From an uncultured Acidobacteriota bacterium (GTDB taxonomy: Bacteria; Acidobacteriota; Vicinamibacteria; Fen-336): a stretch of 64,000 bases of DNA. Below, piece after piece: positions 1 to 11,400 of the stretch. Every line of letters starts with the position of its first letter. Positions within the stretch are counted from its first letter, which is position 1. The DNA lies in contig CAVUTB010000005.1 in assembly GCA_963744315.1 (NCBI GenBank), forward strand, positions 267,899-331,898, in the 5' to 3' direction. A program made the position numbers and the translations under genes. The notes beneath the pieces are model-generated. The model saw only the letters and a program-made list of their open reading frames with translations. It did no database searches and was not told the origin of the DNA.

Positions 1-91
1 TCCTGGCCCGGGAAGCGTGACAGGTCCTGGTGACCGTAGCTGTTCAGTAACGCTCAGCAGGAGCCTGTGACACGAAGCCCGTCGTTCCACG

Positions 92-125
92 AAAAGAGCC
101 CTGGGGAAAGCGGCCCCCAGGGCTC
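92..125 (-). terminator. Intrinsic terminator downstream of CDS 151..750
   Basis: 11-bp perfect stem GAGCCCTGGGG(96-106)/CCCCAGGGCTC(115-125) followed on the minus strand by TTTT (plus-strand AAAA 92-95), 25 nt after the stop codon. Confidence 0.7.
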
Positions 126-150
126 CAAGGGTCCTGGACGCTGTTCGCTG

Positions 151-750
151 CTACTTCTTGATTGAAGTGACGTAGGTGATCGTTTGCGCGACGGGCTCGC
201 CCGGGCCGCTGGTGGGCATCGTCAGGATGGTGACGGTCTTACCGATCACCAGGTCGGCGGGCACCGTCGACTTCTCGTTGATCACGTAAGTAACCTTGCT
301 CCCATCGGACCGCGTGACGGTGAGAGTCTTGCCCGCCTCGTAGGCCGCGACCGTCCCCGTGAGGGTCGTGGTCGTCGTTTTCGTGGTGACGCCGGAGGGC
401 AGGGTCCGGGTGTCCTCGGTGGTGCTCTTGACGTTACCCTCGGGAGTGACGCTGGTCGTCGTGACACGCGAGACCAGTTGCGTTGCACCGTCCTTGCCCG
501 GCTCGGTGAAAAGCGTGACCCGGCGACCGATCTTGACGTCCGCCGGCACCGCGGTCGTCGGCGTGAGGGTGTAGACGGTTTCCTTGTTGTCCGCTCCCCG
601 GATGACGATCACGCTGCCCGCCTCGTAGCGGACCACCTCGCCGTCGATGGTGACCTGCTTCGTCTCGGTCGGCGTCTGGGCGAAGGCCGGGCCTGATGCA
701 ACGGGGGCGATGCTGATGCAGAGCCCCGCAACGAATACGTTCAGCTTCAT
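151..750 (-). CDS. Exported hypothetical protein with two internally duplicated beta-rich (OB-fold/DUF5666-like) modules
   Basis: ATG at 750 with AAGGAG RBS; signal peptide MKLNVFVAGLCISIAPVASGPAFA; duplicated unit G.V..YEAG....PAD..IG..VT. Confidence 0.75.
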   Translation of the reverse strand: MKLNVFVAGLCISIAPVASGPAFAQTPTETKQVTIDGEVVRYEAGSVIVIRGADNKETVYTLTPTTAVPADVKIGRRVTLFTEPGKDGATQLVSRVTTTSVTPEGNVKSTTEDTRTLPSGVTTKTTTTTLTGTVAAYEAGKTLTVTRSDGSKVTYVINEKSTVPADLVIGKTVTILTMPTSGPGEPVAQTITYVTSIKK

Positions 751-962
751 GTCTTCTGTCTCCTTGAGACCTGGTGCAGTTCGTTGCGGCGGATCTGGAG
801 CGTCTCGTCTCCCCGGCGATCGGATCTCGACTGCCGGAACGGCGCCGCGCAGTGGACTATCCTGCAACCTCCCGTGCCCGCTGGCTTGGCAGAGCGCAAG
901 CGTGGTGAGCCGCTCCCTTGACGCGCGGGCACGTGCGGCTCAAGACGGATGGAGTCCCCCGC

Positions 963-1490
963 CTACTTCTCCTTGGTCTCGATTCCGGAATCCACCTGCC
1001 GTACGCCGGCGATGCCGTAGGCGGTCTCAATGGCCCGAAGCTCGCTCGCCAGGTTCGTGGTGTTGCCATCGAGGAACACGAGGCCGTTCTCGACCGACTT
1101 CACCTTGATCCCCTCGAGGCTCTCGTCCGCCTTCAGCGCCTTTTCGACCGCATCCTTCACGTCCTTGTCAACGGCCTTCACCGACTCCTGGCTGGACTGC
1201 TTGACGACCTGCAGCAGGTTGCGGACGTCCGTCACGCCGCCGACGGCGCGGACGGTGGCTTCGGCCTTGTCTTTCACCGCCTGGCTGTCGACCGTCCCAT
1301 GCATCGTCACCTTGCCGTGCTCCGTGTCGACCTTGACGGCGTTGCGGCCCGCGCCGTCCGTGGTCATCAGCGCGATCCTGATCTTGGTCGTGATCCAGGT
1401 GTCGTCGCTCGCCTGCGCCGGGGCAATGCCTGTGCCCCAGACCACGAGAAGAGCAGCCAGGGTCAGAGCCGGCTTTCTGATTGAAGTCAT
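963..1490 (-). CDS. Periplasmic dual BON-domain protein (OsmY-like)
   Basis: Signal peptide then DDTWITTKIRIAL...VKVDTEHGKVTMHGTVDS...GGVTDVRNLL and a second BON unit; AGGAGG RBS. Confidence 0.9.
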   Translation of the reverse strand: MTSIRKPALTLAALLVVWGTGIAPAQASDDTWITTKIRIALMTTDGAGRNAVKVDTEHGKVTMHGTVDSQAVKDKAEATVRAVGGVTDVRNLLQVVKQSSQESVKAVDKDVKDAVEKALKADESLEGIKVKSVENGLVFLDGNTTNLASELRAIETAYGIAGVRQVDSGIETKEK

Positions 1491-1556
1491 CACGCCTCCT
1501 TTGAAGCACGCCGATGCCCGCCTGCGCGGCGGAAAGCGGTGGCCACGAAAGGAGGG

Positions 1557-1572
1557 GCAACGTCTGTGCCAA
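1557..1572 (-). promoter_or_regulatory. Sigma54 (-24/-12) promoter of the BON gene
   Basis: Minus strand TTGGCACAGACGTTGC matches TGGCAC-N5-TTGC with exact GG-N10-GC spacing, about 65 nt upstream of the start. Confidence 0.7.
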
Positions 1573-1645
1573 TCACAAAGGGGCCCATTGTGGCGCCGGC
1601 GTGACGTGTGTGACGTCCACTACCACGACCACAGGGAGGAACAAT

Positions 1646-2779
1646 CTACAAACCGGGCTCGCCCCCCAACTCCTCCCGCACTTTCAGGCGGCGGATCACC
1701 CCGTTCATCGTGAGCAGGCCCGCGAGTCGCTCTCCGTGCATGACGAGGAGTCGCGCGGTCCCTGCCTGGGCCATCCTTGAGAGCACCTCGGGGAGTGGAA
1801 CGTCCGGGTCGGTGACGAGGGCATCCGTCAGCGGGCGCATGGCGCCCTGAACGGACGTCGCCTCACGCTCCTCCGCCGAGAGCCGCAGGATGTCCTTCAG
1901 GCAGAGCAGGCCGACGACTGCCTCGCCCCGCGTCACGGGATAGCTCCCGTAGCCGGTTCGCATGAAGTACTCGCGAGCCGCTTCGGCCACGGAGCCGCTC
2001 CCGGGTATCGTCGCGACGGCTTGCACCATCGCGTCGCGCACCGTGACTCCCCGGAGAGCCTCGTCGAGGCGCACCTGCTGGTAGCTGGAGAGCGAGGCGT
2101 CCTTGATGAACCAGCCGATCAGGATGTACCAGAGGCCGCCGAGCGAGTCGCCCCTGAGCAGGCTGAAGACTCCCGCAAAGATGAGCAGGAAGGCGAAGAG
2201 GGTGCCGGCTCCGCTCGCGATACGCGTCGCGCGTGCCTTACCCAGGGGCCCCCACAGGGCGCCGCGCAGCAGCCGCCCTCCGTCCATCGGGAAGGCGGGA
2301 ACCAGGTTGAAGAGCGCGAGCATCAGGTTGATCAGGGCCAGGTATTTCGCCACCGCCACGGCCGAGGGGCCCAGGAACGGCAGGCTCGCGAGCGCGTAGA
2401 AGAGGCCCGCGAGGGCGAGGCTCGCGACGGGGCCGGCAGCGGCCATCCAGAACTCGGCCCGTCCGTCCCTGGGATCCTTCTCGAGCTGTGCCACGCCTCC
2501 GAAGACGAACAGCGTGATCGACCGCGTGCGCAGGCCCTGGCGACGCGCGACGACGGCGTGCCCCAGCTCGTGGAGCAGGATCGAGACGAAGAAGAGCAGC
2601 GACGCCACGAGACCCTTCGCCCAGTAGGAAGAGGCGGGGAGATCGGGAGACTGCGCTGGGAAGTAACCCGTCGACAGCGTCCAGGCGATCAGTCCGAAGA
2701 TGATCAGCCAGCTGAAGTGGAGGTAGATCGGGATCCCGATCACCCGTGCGATCTGGATGTGGTCCGTGCGACTGCTCAC
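1646..2779 (-). CDS. Site-2 (M50) intramembrane metalloprotease with C-terminal CBS pair
   Basis: HELGH and NLVPAFPMDGG motifs, multiple TM segments, CBS-like C-terminus. Confidence 0.95.
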   Translation of the reverse strand: MSSRTDHIQIARVIGIPIYLHFSWLIIFGLIAWTLSTGYFPAQSPDLPASSYWAKGLVASLLFFVSILLHELGHAVVARRQGLRTRSITLFVFGGVAQLEKDPRDGRAEFWMAAAGPVASLALAGLFYALASLPFLGPSAVAVAKYLALINLMLALFNLVPAFPMDGGRLLRGALWGPLGKARATRIASGAGTLFAFLLIFAGVFSLLRGDSLGGLWYILIGWFIKDASLSSYQQVRLDEALRGVTVRDAMVQAVATIPGSGSVAEAAREYFMRTGYGSYPVTRGEAVVGLLCLKDILRLSAEEREATSVQGAMRPLTDALVTDPDVPLPEVLSRMAQAGTARLLVMHGERLAGLLTMNGVIRRLKVREELGGEPGL

Positions 2780-2806
2780 GCTCGTGACCTTTCCGCCGCT
2801 AGCCGC

Positions 2807-3025
2807 CTACGCCTCGCGTTCGGCCGTCGCCCCCGCGAGCGAGAGGATCGCCCGTCTGCCCAGGACCGCTGCCGTGGCCAGTGTCAGGCCGACCAGAGCC
2901 GCCGCCACGGGACCCGTCCAGACGAAGCCGTCAGGTACCAGCACGGCGCAGACGAGTGCCAGGATGGACGTCAGCCCGGCACGAGCGTTCCAAAGGTGGA
3001 AGCGGTGCGACTCCGACTCGCTCAT
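2807..3025 (-). CDS. Small two-TM membrane protein (72 aa)
   Basis: ATG overlaps the upstream stop (ATGA at 3022-3025); two hydrophobic segments. Confidence 0.55.
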   Translation of the reverse strand: MSESESHRFHLWNARAGLTSILALVCAVLVPDGFVWTGPVAAALVGLTLATAAVLGRRAILSLAGATAEREA

Positions 3026-3909
3026 GGCTGCTTCGCCGGCGGCGCCGCGACGGTGGCCTGCGGCATGGCCGTGAGGGCCTGGAGCGGCGTCAGGCGGGAG
3101 CGATCGCAGTAGCCTCGACCTTTCAGACAAGCCGTGTAATTCCGCTCGCGCTCGACGGCGGCCAGCGCGTTGCTCTCCGAGGGGTTCAAGAGCGAGTAGT
3201 CACAGCTGTCGCCACCGACCTTGCAGACGGCCAGGTTGCGCTCGTGCACGGCCCGGTCCACTTCGATCGTCTCCTGCTGGCCGAGCTTCGAGCGGTCGCA
3301 GTCGTCCCAGCCGTTCGTGCAATCCGACAGGTTGCGGCGGCGTCCGGCGAGCTCGACCTCGCGGGCTTCCGGCCGCGTCAGCAGCGCCTGGTCGCAGCGC
3401 GCCGCGCCGTCCCGGCAGTCGGACACCAGGCGCTGGCGCTCTGCGGTCGCAACCGCGGCGAGCTCCGAGCTCGTGAAGCTGGACGAATCGCAGGCTCCGA
3501 TTCCGTCCTTGCAGGCGGCGACCTGTCGCCGCCGCTCGGCTACCACCGCGTCGCGCGCTTCGGCCTTGGTCAGGCGTGACGCGTCGCAGTCGCCGATACC
3601 GTCGTTGCAGTTCGAGACGTTGCGGTCGTGCTGCGCGACGGCCAGCTGGATCGCCTCCGGCGGAGTCAGCCGGGAAAGGTCGCAGGACTCGACACCGTTC
3701 CGGCACGCCGTGACGTTGCGCGCGTGATCGGCGCGAGCCAGCTCGGCCAGCTCCGACAAGGTCAGCCGCGAGCGGTCGCACTCCGGCCGGCCGTTCCGGC
3801 ACGCCTGCAGATTCAACGCGGGATCGGGCGGCCCCGCGACGAGCGGCGCGGGCCACAGGCTCAGGCACGCGGCGCACGCCCACAAGGTCCTCGTCAACGT
3901 CTTGGTCAT
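3022..3909 (-). CDS. Exported Cys-rich tandem-repeat protein (8 x 32 aa, C-x6-C)
   Basis: Signal-peptide-like N-terminus MTKTLTRTLWACAACLSLWPAPLVA; eight units N-x3-C-x2-G-x3-C-D-x-S-x-L. Confidence 0.8.
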   Translation of the reverse strand: MTKTLTRTLWACAACLSLWPAPLVAGPPDPALNLQACRNGRPECDRSRLTLSELAELARADHARNVTACRNGVESCDLSRLTPPEAIQLAVAQHDRNVSNCNDGIGDCDASRLTKAEARDAVVAERRRQVAACKDGIGACDSSSFTSSELAAVATAERQRLVSDCRDGAARCDQALLTRPEAREVELAGRRRNLSDCTNGWDDCDRSKLGQQETIEVDRAVHERNLAVCKVGGDSCDYSLLNPSESNALAAVERERNYTACLKGRGYCDRSRLTPLQALTAMPQATVAAPPAKQP

Positions 3910-4093
3910 CGTGTCACCTTGTCTCTCGCGGGTCGAAGCCGCACTCAGCTCACGTCGGCTGGTCACTCCCGCAACAGCCACTCTAGGCGTCGTGCGGAGT
4001 GGGTGACTAATCGATTGTTCGGGCGCGATCCATCGGAGCGGTCCGATGGCCGCGACGGGGTCGCGGCGGCGGCGCGAGCCGGGCGCGCCCGCG

Positions 4094-4988
4094 TCAGCCG
4101 AAGAGCTGGCGCGCCCGCTCGGAGATGGCGATGACCGCGGGGTTGCGGAGCTTCCGGTCGACGGTGATCGCGTAGAAGCGCTGCTGGATGCCCGTCAGGC
4201 GTCCGATCAGCCGTACGCGGTACTGCCGCCGCACCTCGGCCTCGATCGCCGTCGGCATCGCGAAGAGCCCCGCGCCCGCCTGGCCGAACGCGTCGATGAG
4301 CGCGCTGTCCTCGAAGGTGCCGACGACGCGCGGGCGGACGCCGTGCCGGCGGAACCACTCCTCGAGCGAGAGGCGCAGCCCGGAGTCGCCGCTCGGCAGC
4401 AGGAACGGCGCCCGGTCGAGCGAGGCCGGGAAGCGCCGGCGGTGCTTTGCCGCCAGGCGCTCGCTCCCGAAGATCGAGACGCCGCACTCGCCGAGCAGGT
4501 GGCTGTAGGCCCGCACCTTGACCGCGGGAGGCGCGGGCGTGTCGGCGAGCACCACGTCCAGGGCGTAGACCGCCAGCTCGGCGACGAGACGCTCCGGCCG
4601 CTCGTGCACGCAGTCCAGCTGGATCGGCTCGGGAAGACTGAGCGCCGGCTCCAGGATCTGGTAAGCGACCAGCTTGGGCACGACCATCGCCACGCCCACG
4701 CGCCAGGCGCGTCGGCTGCGTGATGCGTCCCTTCACGGCCTGCTGCAGCTCACGGCCGAGGGCGAAGATCTGATCCGCGTAGCGATAGACGGTGCGGCCG
4801 ACGTCGGTGAGGACGAGCGTGCGTCCGGAGCGAGCGAGCAGCTTCTCGCCGAGGGCCTCCTGCAGCTCCCGGAGCTGGCCGCTGACGGTGGGCTGCGAGA
4901 CGTTGAGCTTCTCGCTCGCGCGCGTCACGCCGCCTTCGCGAACGACCGTCCAGAAATGCAGCAGGTGGTGGTGGTTGAGCTCGGCCAC
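4094..4988 (-). CDS. nhaR: LysR-family regulator, NhaR-like (frameshift near 4700)
   Basis: LNHHHLLHFWTVVREGGVTRASEKLNVSQPTVSGQL HTH; C-terminal FEDSALIDAFGQAGAGLF and FYAITVDRKLRNPAV typical of NhaR-type proteins. Confidence 0.8.
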
Positions 4989-5119
4989 GCCTCGACGATA
5001 CATCGAAGCGCGGACTATGCAACACGCCCAAAACAAATATTGGATCCGGAGCGCCAGGACGTACCTAGACTTCGGCTCCGACACGAGAGGAGCGCAGGCG
5101 GCATGCCGAAGCTGCGAGC

Positions 5120-5467
5120 TTGAGGATCGACGTCACGAGCGCGGGCCTGCGGATGACGAAGGCCTGCCGCGGAAGGGTCAGGCGGCGCGTGCTGCTGGAG
5201 CTGAGCCGGTTCGGCCCCGAGGTGCAGCGCGCGGCGGTGCACCTGACGGAGTCGCGCCACCCGCTGGGCGGCTCCGATCAGAGCTGCCGGATCCGGGCAC
5301 GACTGAATTCCGGGCGCGTGCTCGAGGCCGAAGCGGTCGACGGCCAGCTCGAGGGGGCGGCGGGCCGCTCGGCGGTCCGGCTGGCGCTGCTCGTCGCCGC
5401 CGCGTGCGGCGACGGCGCTTTGCACCTCGGGGGGCAAGCCCTGCGCGATCGCGGGTCCGTCGAGTGA
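5120..5467 (+). CDS. HPF/RaiA (S30AE)-like small protein
   Basis: MRIDV...RRRVLLELSRFG..V....V.L.....P.GG.DQ.CRI pattern of HPF/RaiA-like proteins often found next to NhaR-like genes; stop overlaps the next start (GTGA). Confidence 0.65.
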   Translation: MRIDVTSAGLRMTKACRGRVRRRVLLELSRFGPEVQRAAVHLTESRHPLGGSDQSCRIRARLNSGRVLEAEAVDGQLEGAAGRSAVRLALLVAAACGDGALHLGGQALRDRGSVE

Positions 5468-8400
5468 GCTCGACCTTCGACTCGCTGGTCCGGCGCCTGC
5501 GCCGACGCCGCCTCCGCACACCCGACAAGCCGCTGCGGGACGAGCTCCTGAGCATCGAGCGGCTCGAGGAGCGGGCCAAGGCGCTCGCGGCGCGCCTGAC
5601 CATCGATCCCACGCCCGGCCGCAACGCGCGGGACTTGTTCCCCCGCCTCGCCGACAACGAGCGCGTGCTGCGCGAGGCCTATCTCGCGCTGGCCGAGGGG
5701 GTCCACCGCGGGGAGTTCGTGACACCCGCGGAGGAGTGGCTGCTCGACAACTTCCACCTGGTCGCCACCGAGATCCGCGACGTGCGCCAGAACCTGCCGC
5801 GCGGCTACTACCGCGAGCTGCCCAAGCTCGCCACGCGCCAGCTGGCCGGCGACGCGCGCGTCTACGCCACGGCCGTGGAGCTGATCCGTCACAGCGACAG
5901 CCGCCTGGACCGGCAGCAGCTGCTTCGCTTCATGAACAGCTACCAGACGGTCGCGCCGCTCACGATCGGCGAGCTGTGGGCCTGGCCGAGCATGCTGAAG
6001 CTCGCTCTGATCGAGAACCTGCGCCGCCTCGTGGAGGAGGCGGGCCTCGCGCGCGAGGCGCGCCGCGCGGCCGACGCCTACGTCGCCCGCATCGACGCCG
6101 GCGGGCACGGACAGCCGCCGGCGCTCCCGCCGGAGATCCATCCCGCGTTCGTGGTGCAGCTGCTGCAGCTCGCGCGCGAGTACGGTCCGCGGCTCGCGGC
6201 GGTTCGCGCCGCCGTCGACGCTCATCTCGCGGCGCAGCGAACGGCGTCGGAGGAGGCGATCCGTGGCGAGCACCGGCGCCAGGCCGCCGCGCAGGTCTCG
6301 GTCGCGAACGTCATCACCAGCCTGCGCCTCGTCTCGACGCTCGACTGGAGCCAGTACTTCGAGTCGGCGAGCCTGGTCGAGGGCGTGCTCCAGCGCGATC
6401 CGGCCGGCGTCTACGGCCGGATGGACTTCCTGAGCCGGGACCGCTACCGCCAGGCGGTCGAGGACCTGGCCGACGGCACCGGCGAGGGGCAGCTGCGTGT
6501 GGCCCTGCGCACCGTCGAGAGCGCGCGCCAGGCGGCCGAGAGCGGCGCCGACTTTCTCGCCGTCCACGTCGGCCATCACCTGATCGGCAAGGGCCGCGCC
6601 GACCTGGAGACGGACGTGGCGTATCGTCCCGGCCTGCGGCGCCGCGCGCGGCGCTTCGTCTTCGCCCACGCCACGGCCGCCTACCTCGGGGCGATCGGGC
6701 TTCTGACCGCCCTGCTGCTCGGTCTGGGCGGCGCCTATGCGCAGCGGCACGCCGACTCGCCCTGGCCACTCGCCTGGGTGGGACTGCTGCTGCTGCTGCC
6801 GGCCAGCGACGTAGCGACGGCCGTCGTCCAGAGCCTGTGCGCGCGCTTCGCCGCTCCGCGGCGGCTCCCGCGTTTCGACTTCATGGGCGGCGTACCCGAG
6901 AGCGCGCGCACCATGGTCGTGGTGCCGACGCTCTTGCCGAGCGTCGAGCGGGTCTCGGAGCTGCTCGAGCACCTCGAAGTGCTCGCGCTCGGCAACCTCG
7001 ATCCGCTGATCCACTTCGCGATCCTCAGCGACTTCACGGACGCCCCCGCCCTCGAGATGCCGCAGGACGCAGCGATCCTGGGCGCCGCCCGCAAAGGCGT
7101 CGAGGCGCTCAACGCGCGCCACGCCGAGGGGCGCGCCGACCGCTTCTACCTCGTCCACCGCGTGCGCCGCTGGAACCCGGGCGAGGGCGTCTTCATGGGC
7201 TGGGAGCGCAAGCGCGGCAAGATCGAGGAATGGAACCGCCTGCTGCGCGGGGCCACCGACACCGGCTTCTCGGTCGAGGCCGGCGACGCCTCCGTCTTCC
7301 CCTCCGTGCGCTACTGCATCACGCTCGACTCGGACACGCGGCTGCCGCGCGACGCCGCGAAGAAGCTCGTCGGCATCGCGGCCCATCCGCTCCACCGGCC
7401 CCAGCTCGACCCCCTGCTGGGCCGCGTCACGGAGGGCTACGCGATCCTGCAGCCCCGGGTGAGCGTGACCATGGCGAGCGCCGCGGGCTCTCTCTTCGCG
7501 CGGCTCTACGCCGGGCACACGGGCGTCGACCCCTACACGACCGCGGTCTCCGACACCTACCAGGACCTCTTCGGCGAAGGGATCTTCACCGGCAAGGGGC
7601 TCTACGACGTGGACGCCTTCATGGCCGCGCTCGACGGACGCGTGCCCGAGAACGCGCTCTTGTCGCACGACCTCTTCGAGGGGCTCTACGCGCGGACGGC
7701 GCTCGTCACCGACATCGAGGTCGTCGACGACTACCCGGCGAGCGTCCTCGTCCACGCACGCCGCCAGCACCGCTGGGTGCGCGGCGACTGGCAGATCCTG
7801 TGGTGGCTGTTCCCGTTCGTCCCGACCCGTTCCGGCCTGCGCCGCAACCGCCTGCCACTCATCTCGCGCTTCAAGATCGTCGACAACCTGAGGCGGAGCC
7901 TGATGGCGCCCGCGACCGTCGCCTTGCTGCTGCTCGCGTGGACGGTGCTGCCGGGAAGTGCTTCGGTCTGGACCGCCGCCGTGCTGGCCGCGCTCGCCTT
8001 CAACCTGTACCCGATCGCGCTCGGGGCGCTCGCCGGGCCGCCGCCCCAGCAGCCGTGGCGCGTGTTCCTGCGCGTGCTGCGGGAGGACGCGGCGACGGCG
8101 CTGGCGCAGGCGGGCCTGCAGCTCACGTTCGCCGCGAGCCAGGCCTGGGAGCGAATGCACGCGATCGGCCTGACGCTCGTCCGGCTGGCGGCCACGAAGC
8201 GGCGCCTGCTGGAGTGGGAGACGGCCGCGGCGAGCGTCGAGCGCGGGCGGGACCGAAGCGGCGCGGGTGTCTTCGTGACCGAGATGATCGCGAGCCCGCT
8301 GATCGCGCTCGTCGGCCTCGTCGTGGTCATGGCTCGCGCGTCCCGCCTCCTGGCCGGTCGCCTTGCCCGTGCTCGCGCTCTGGGCCGCCGCGCCCTTCGT

Positions 8401-11400
8401 CGCGCACGCGCTCAGCCGGCCAAGGGCGGTGCCGCAGCTCGATCTCGGCGCCGAGGACCGCGCGTTCCTCACGGGCGTCGCCCGCGACACCTGGCGCTAC
8501 TTCGAGTCCTTCATGGGGCCCGACGATCACGGCCTGCCCGCCGACAACTTCCAGGAGACGCCCGAGCCACGCATCGCCCACCGGACCTCGCCCACGAACA
8601 TCGGCATGGGACTGCTGGCGACGCTCGCCGCTCACGACCTCGGCCTCATCGGCCGGGACGAGCTCGCCGCGCGGGTCGACGCGACCCTGACGACGATCGA
8701 GGGTCTCGAGCGGCACGAAGGCCATCTGCTCAACTGGTACGACACGCAGAGCCTGGCTCCGCTGCCGCCTCGCTACGTCTCGACCGTGGACAGCGGAAAC
8801 CTGGTCGGCGCGCTCATGACGCTCGCCGAAGGTCTGCACGAGGCCGGGCTCGCGGAGCTCGCGCGGCGCGCCGCCGCGTTCGCCGAGGGCACGCGCTTCC
8901 GGTTCCTCTACGACCCGCAGCGCCGGATCCTCTCGATCGGCTATCGCCTCGCGGACGTGGAAGGCCCGGGCCACCTCGACTCGTCCTACTACGACCTCCT
9001 GGCTTCGGAGGCGCGGCTCGCCAGCTTCATCGCCATCGCGCGCGGCGAGCTGCCGGAGACGCACTGGTTCCACCTGGGCCGGCTGGTCACGAGCATCGAC
9101 GGCACGCCGACGCTCCTCTCCTGGAGCGGCACCGCGTTCGAGTACCTGATGCCGCACCTCGTGATGCGGAGCTATCCGGAGACGCTGCTCGCGCAGAGCT
9201 GCCGCATGGCCGTGCGCCGGCAGGCCCAGTACGCCGACGAGCGCGAGGTGCCCTGGGGCGTCTCCGAGTGCGCCTACAACGTCACCGACCGCCACGAGAA
9301 CTACCAGTACAAGGCCTTCGGCGTCCCCGGCCTCGGCTTGAAGCGGGGCCTCGGCGACGAGCTGGTCGTGGCGCCTTACGCGACGGCGCTCGCGGCGATG
9401 GTCGAGCCGCGGCTCGCCACCCGCAACCTGCGACGGCTCGCCGACGAGGGGCGGGCGGGCGCCTACGGCTTCTACGAGGCCATCGACTACACGCACGCGT
9501 CGATCGGCGAGCAAGCCCAAGACGCGAGCCGCGGCGCCCCCGGCGGGACCGTCGTGCGGGCCTTCATGGCCCACCACCAGGGCATGACGCTCATAGCACT
9601 CGCCAACGTGCTGCTCGGCGATCCGATGGTGAGGCGCTTCCACGCCGATCCGCGGGTGCGGGCCACGGAGCTGCTGCTGCAGGAGCGCGTGCCCCGCGGC
9701 GCGCCGATCACGCAGCCCCGCCCCGTCGAGGAGACGCGCAGCGCAGGACCGCCGGCGGCCCAGCCCGCCCGGCGCTTCCGCTCGCCGCACACGCTGTGGC
9801 CCCACGCCCAGTTCCTGTCGAACGGCAGCTACACGACCGTCGTGACCAACGCCGGGGGCGGCGCCAGCTTCTGGCGCGGCCGTGCCGTGACGCGCCACCG
9901 CGAGGACGCCACCCGCGACGCGGGCGGCCAGTTCCTCTACCTCCGCGACGTGCGCAGCGGCGCCGTCTGGTCGGCGACGCACCAGCCCACGGGCGCCGAG
10001 CCGGACGAGTACCTGGTCACGTTCCTCGCGGAGAAGGCGGCCTTCAGCCGCCGCGACGACGAGATCGCGACCCTGCTCGAAGTCGCGGTCTCCCCGGAGG
10101 ACGACGTCGAGGTGCGGCGGCTGGCGGTGACGAACCACAGCGACCGGCCGCGCGAGATCGAGATCACGAGCTACGCCGAGATCGTGCTCGCCTCTGCGGC
10201 GGAGGACCTCGCCCACCCGGCCTTCGGCAAGCTGTTCGTCGAGACGGAGTACCTGCCGGAGCGGACGGCGCTTCTGTGCCGGCGCCGGCCGCGCGCGGCG
10301 GACGAGCCGCCGCTCTGGGCCGTGCACGTGCTGAGCCTGGAGGGCCGCAGCACAGGGCCCCGTCGAGTGGGAGAGCGATCGCGCGCGCTTCCTCGGCCGC
10401 GGGCGCGCCGCCGACGCTCCACGGGCGCTCGACGGACGCTCGCTGTCCGGCACCACGGGTGTCGTGCTCGACCCGATCGTGAGCCTGCGCCAGCGCATCC
10501 GCCTCGCGCCGGGCGGCATGGTGCGGCTGGCGTTCGCCACCGGCGTCGCGTCGTCCCGCGACACCGCCCTGGCGCTCGCCCAGAAGTACCACGAGCCTGG
10601 CTCGGCGGCGCGGAGCTTCGCGCTCGCGTTCGCGCACGCGCAGAGCGCACTGCGTCACCTCGGGATCACCAGCGAGGACGCCCTGCTGTACGAGCGGCTG
10701 GCCTCGCGCGTGCTCTACGCCGATCGCTCGCTGCGCGCGGAGCCCGGGCTTCTCGCGCGGAACGAGCTCGGCCAGCCGGGGCTGTGGCCGCATGCGATCT
10801 CGGGCGACCTGCCGATCCTGCTGGTGCGCGTCGTCGAGCAGGACGACCTGCCGCTCGTGCGCGAGGTGCTGCAGGCCCAGGAGTACTGGCGGCTCAAGGG
10901 ACTGCGCGCGGACGTCGTGATCCTGAACGAGCACCCCGCGGGCTACCTGGACGAGATGCACGGCCAGCTCACGGCGCTCGTCGACAACGGGCCCTGGCGG
11001 GCGTGGAGCCACAAGCCCGGAGGCGCCTACCTCCTGCGCGGCGACCGCATGGGCGAGGCCGAGCGCGTGCTGCTCGCGGCGGTGGCGCGCGCCGTGCTGA
11101 GCGGCGAGCGGGGCGACCTGAAGGCGCAGCTCGAGCACGCCTACGCCCACTGGCCCGAGCCCGAGCCCGCCGAGCTTCTGCCCTCGCGAGCCGCCGCTCG
11201 TGTCCCCGAGGAGCTCGCCGAGGTTCCGCCGCTCACGCTGGCGAACGGCCTCGGGGGCTTCGCCGACGCCGGGCGGGAGTACGTGGTCGTCCTCGAGGGC
11301 GAGACCGAGACACCGCAGCCGTGGGCCAACGTGATCGCCAACCCCGGGTTCGGCACCGTGGTGACGGAACGCGGCTCGGCGTTCAGCTGGGCCGGAGACA

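Noticed and set aside
863-880. Sigma54-like GGCACGGGAGGTTGC upstream of CDS 151..750
   Set aside because: GG-to-GC spacing is 11 nt rather than the required 10 (could be an indel error, but unsupported)
3022-3909. Multiheme cytochrome or Sel1/TPR assignment for the Cys-repeat protein
   Set aside because: No CxxCH motifs, and the 32-aa period with C-x6-C does not fit those families
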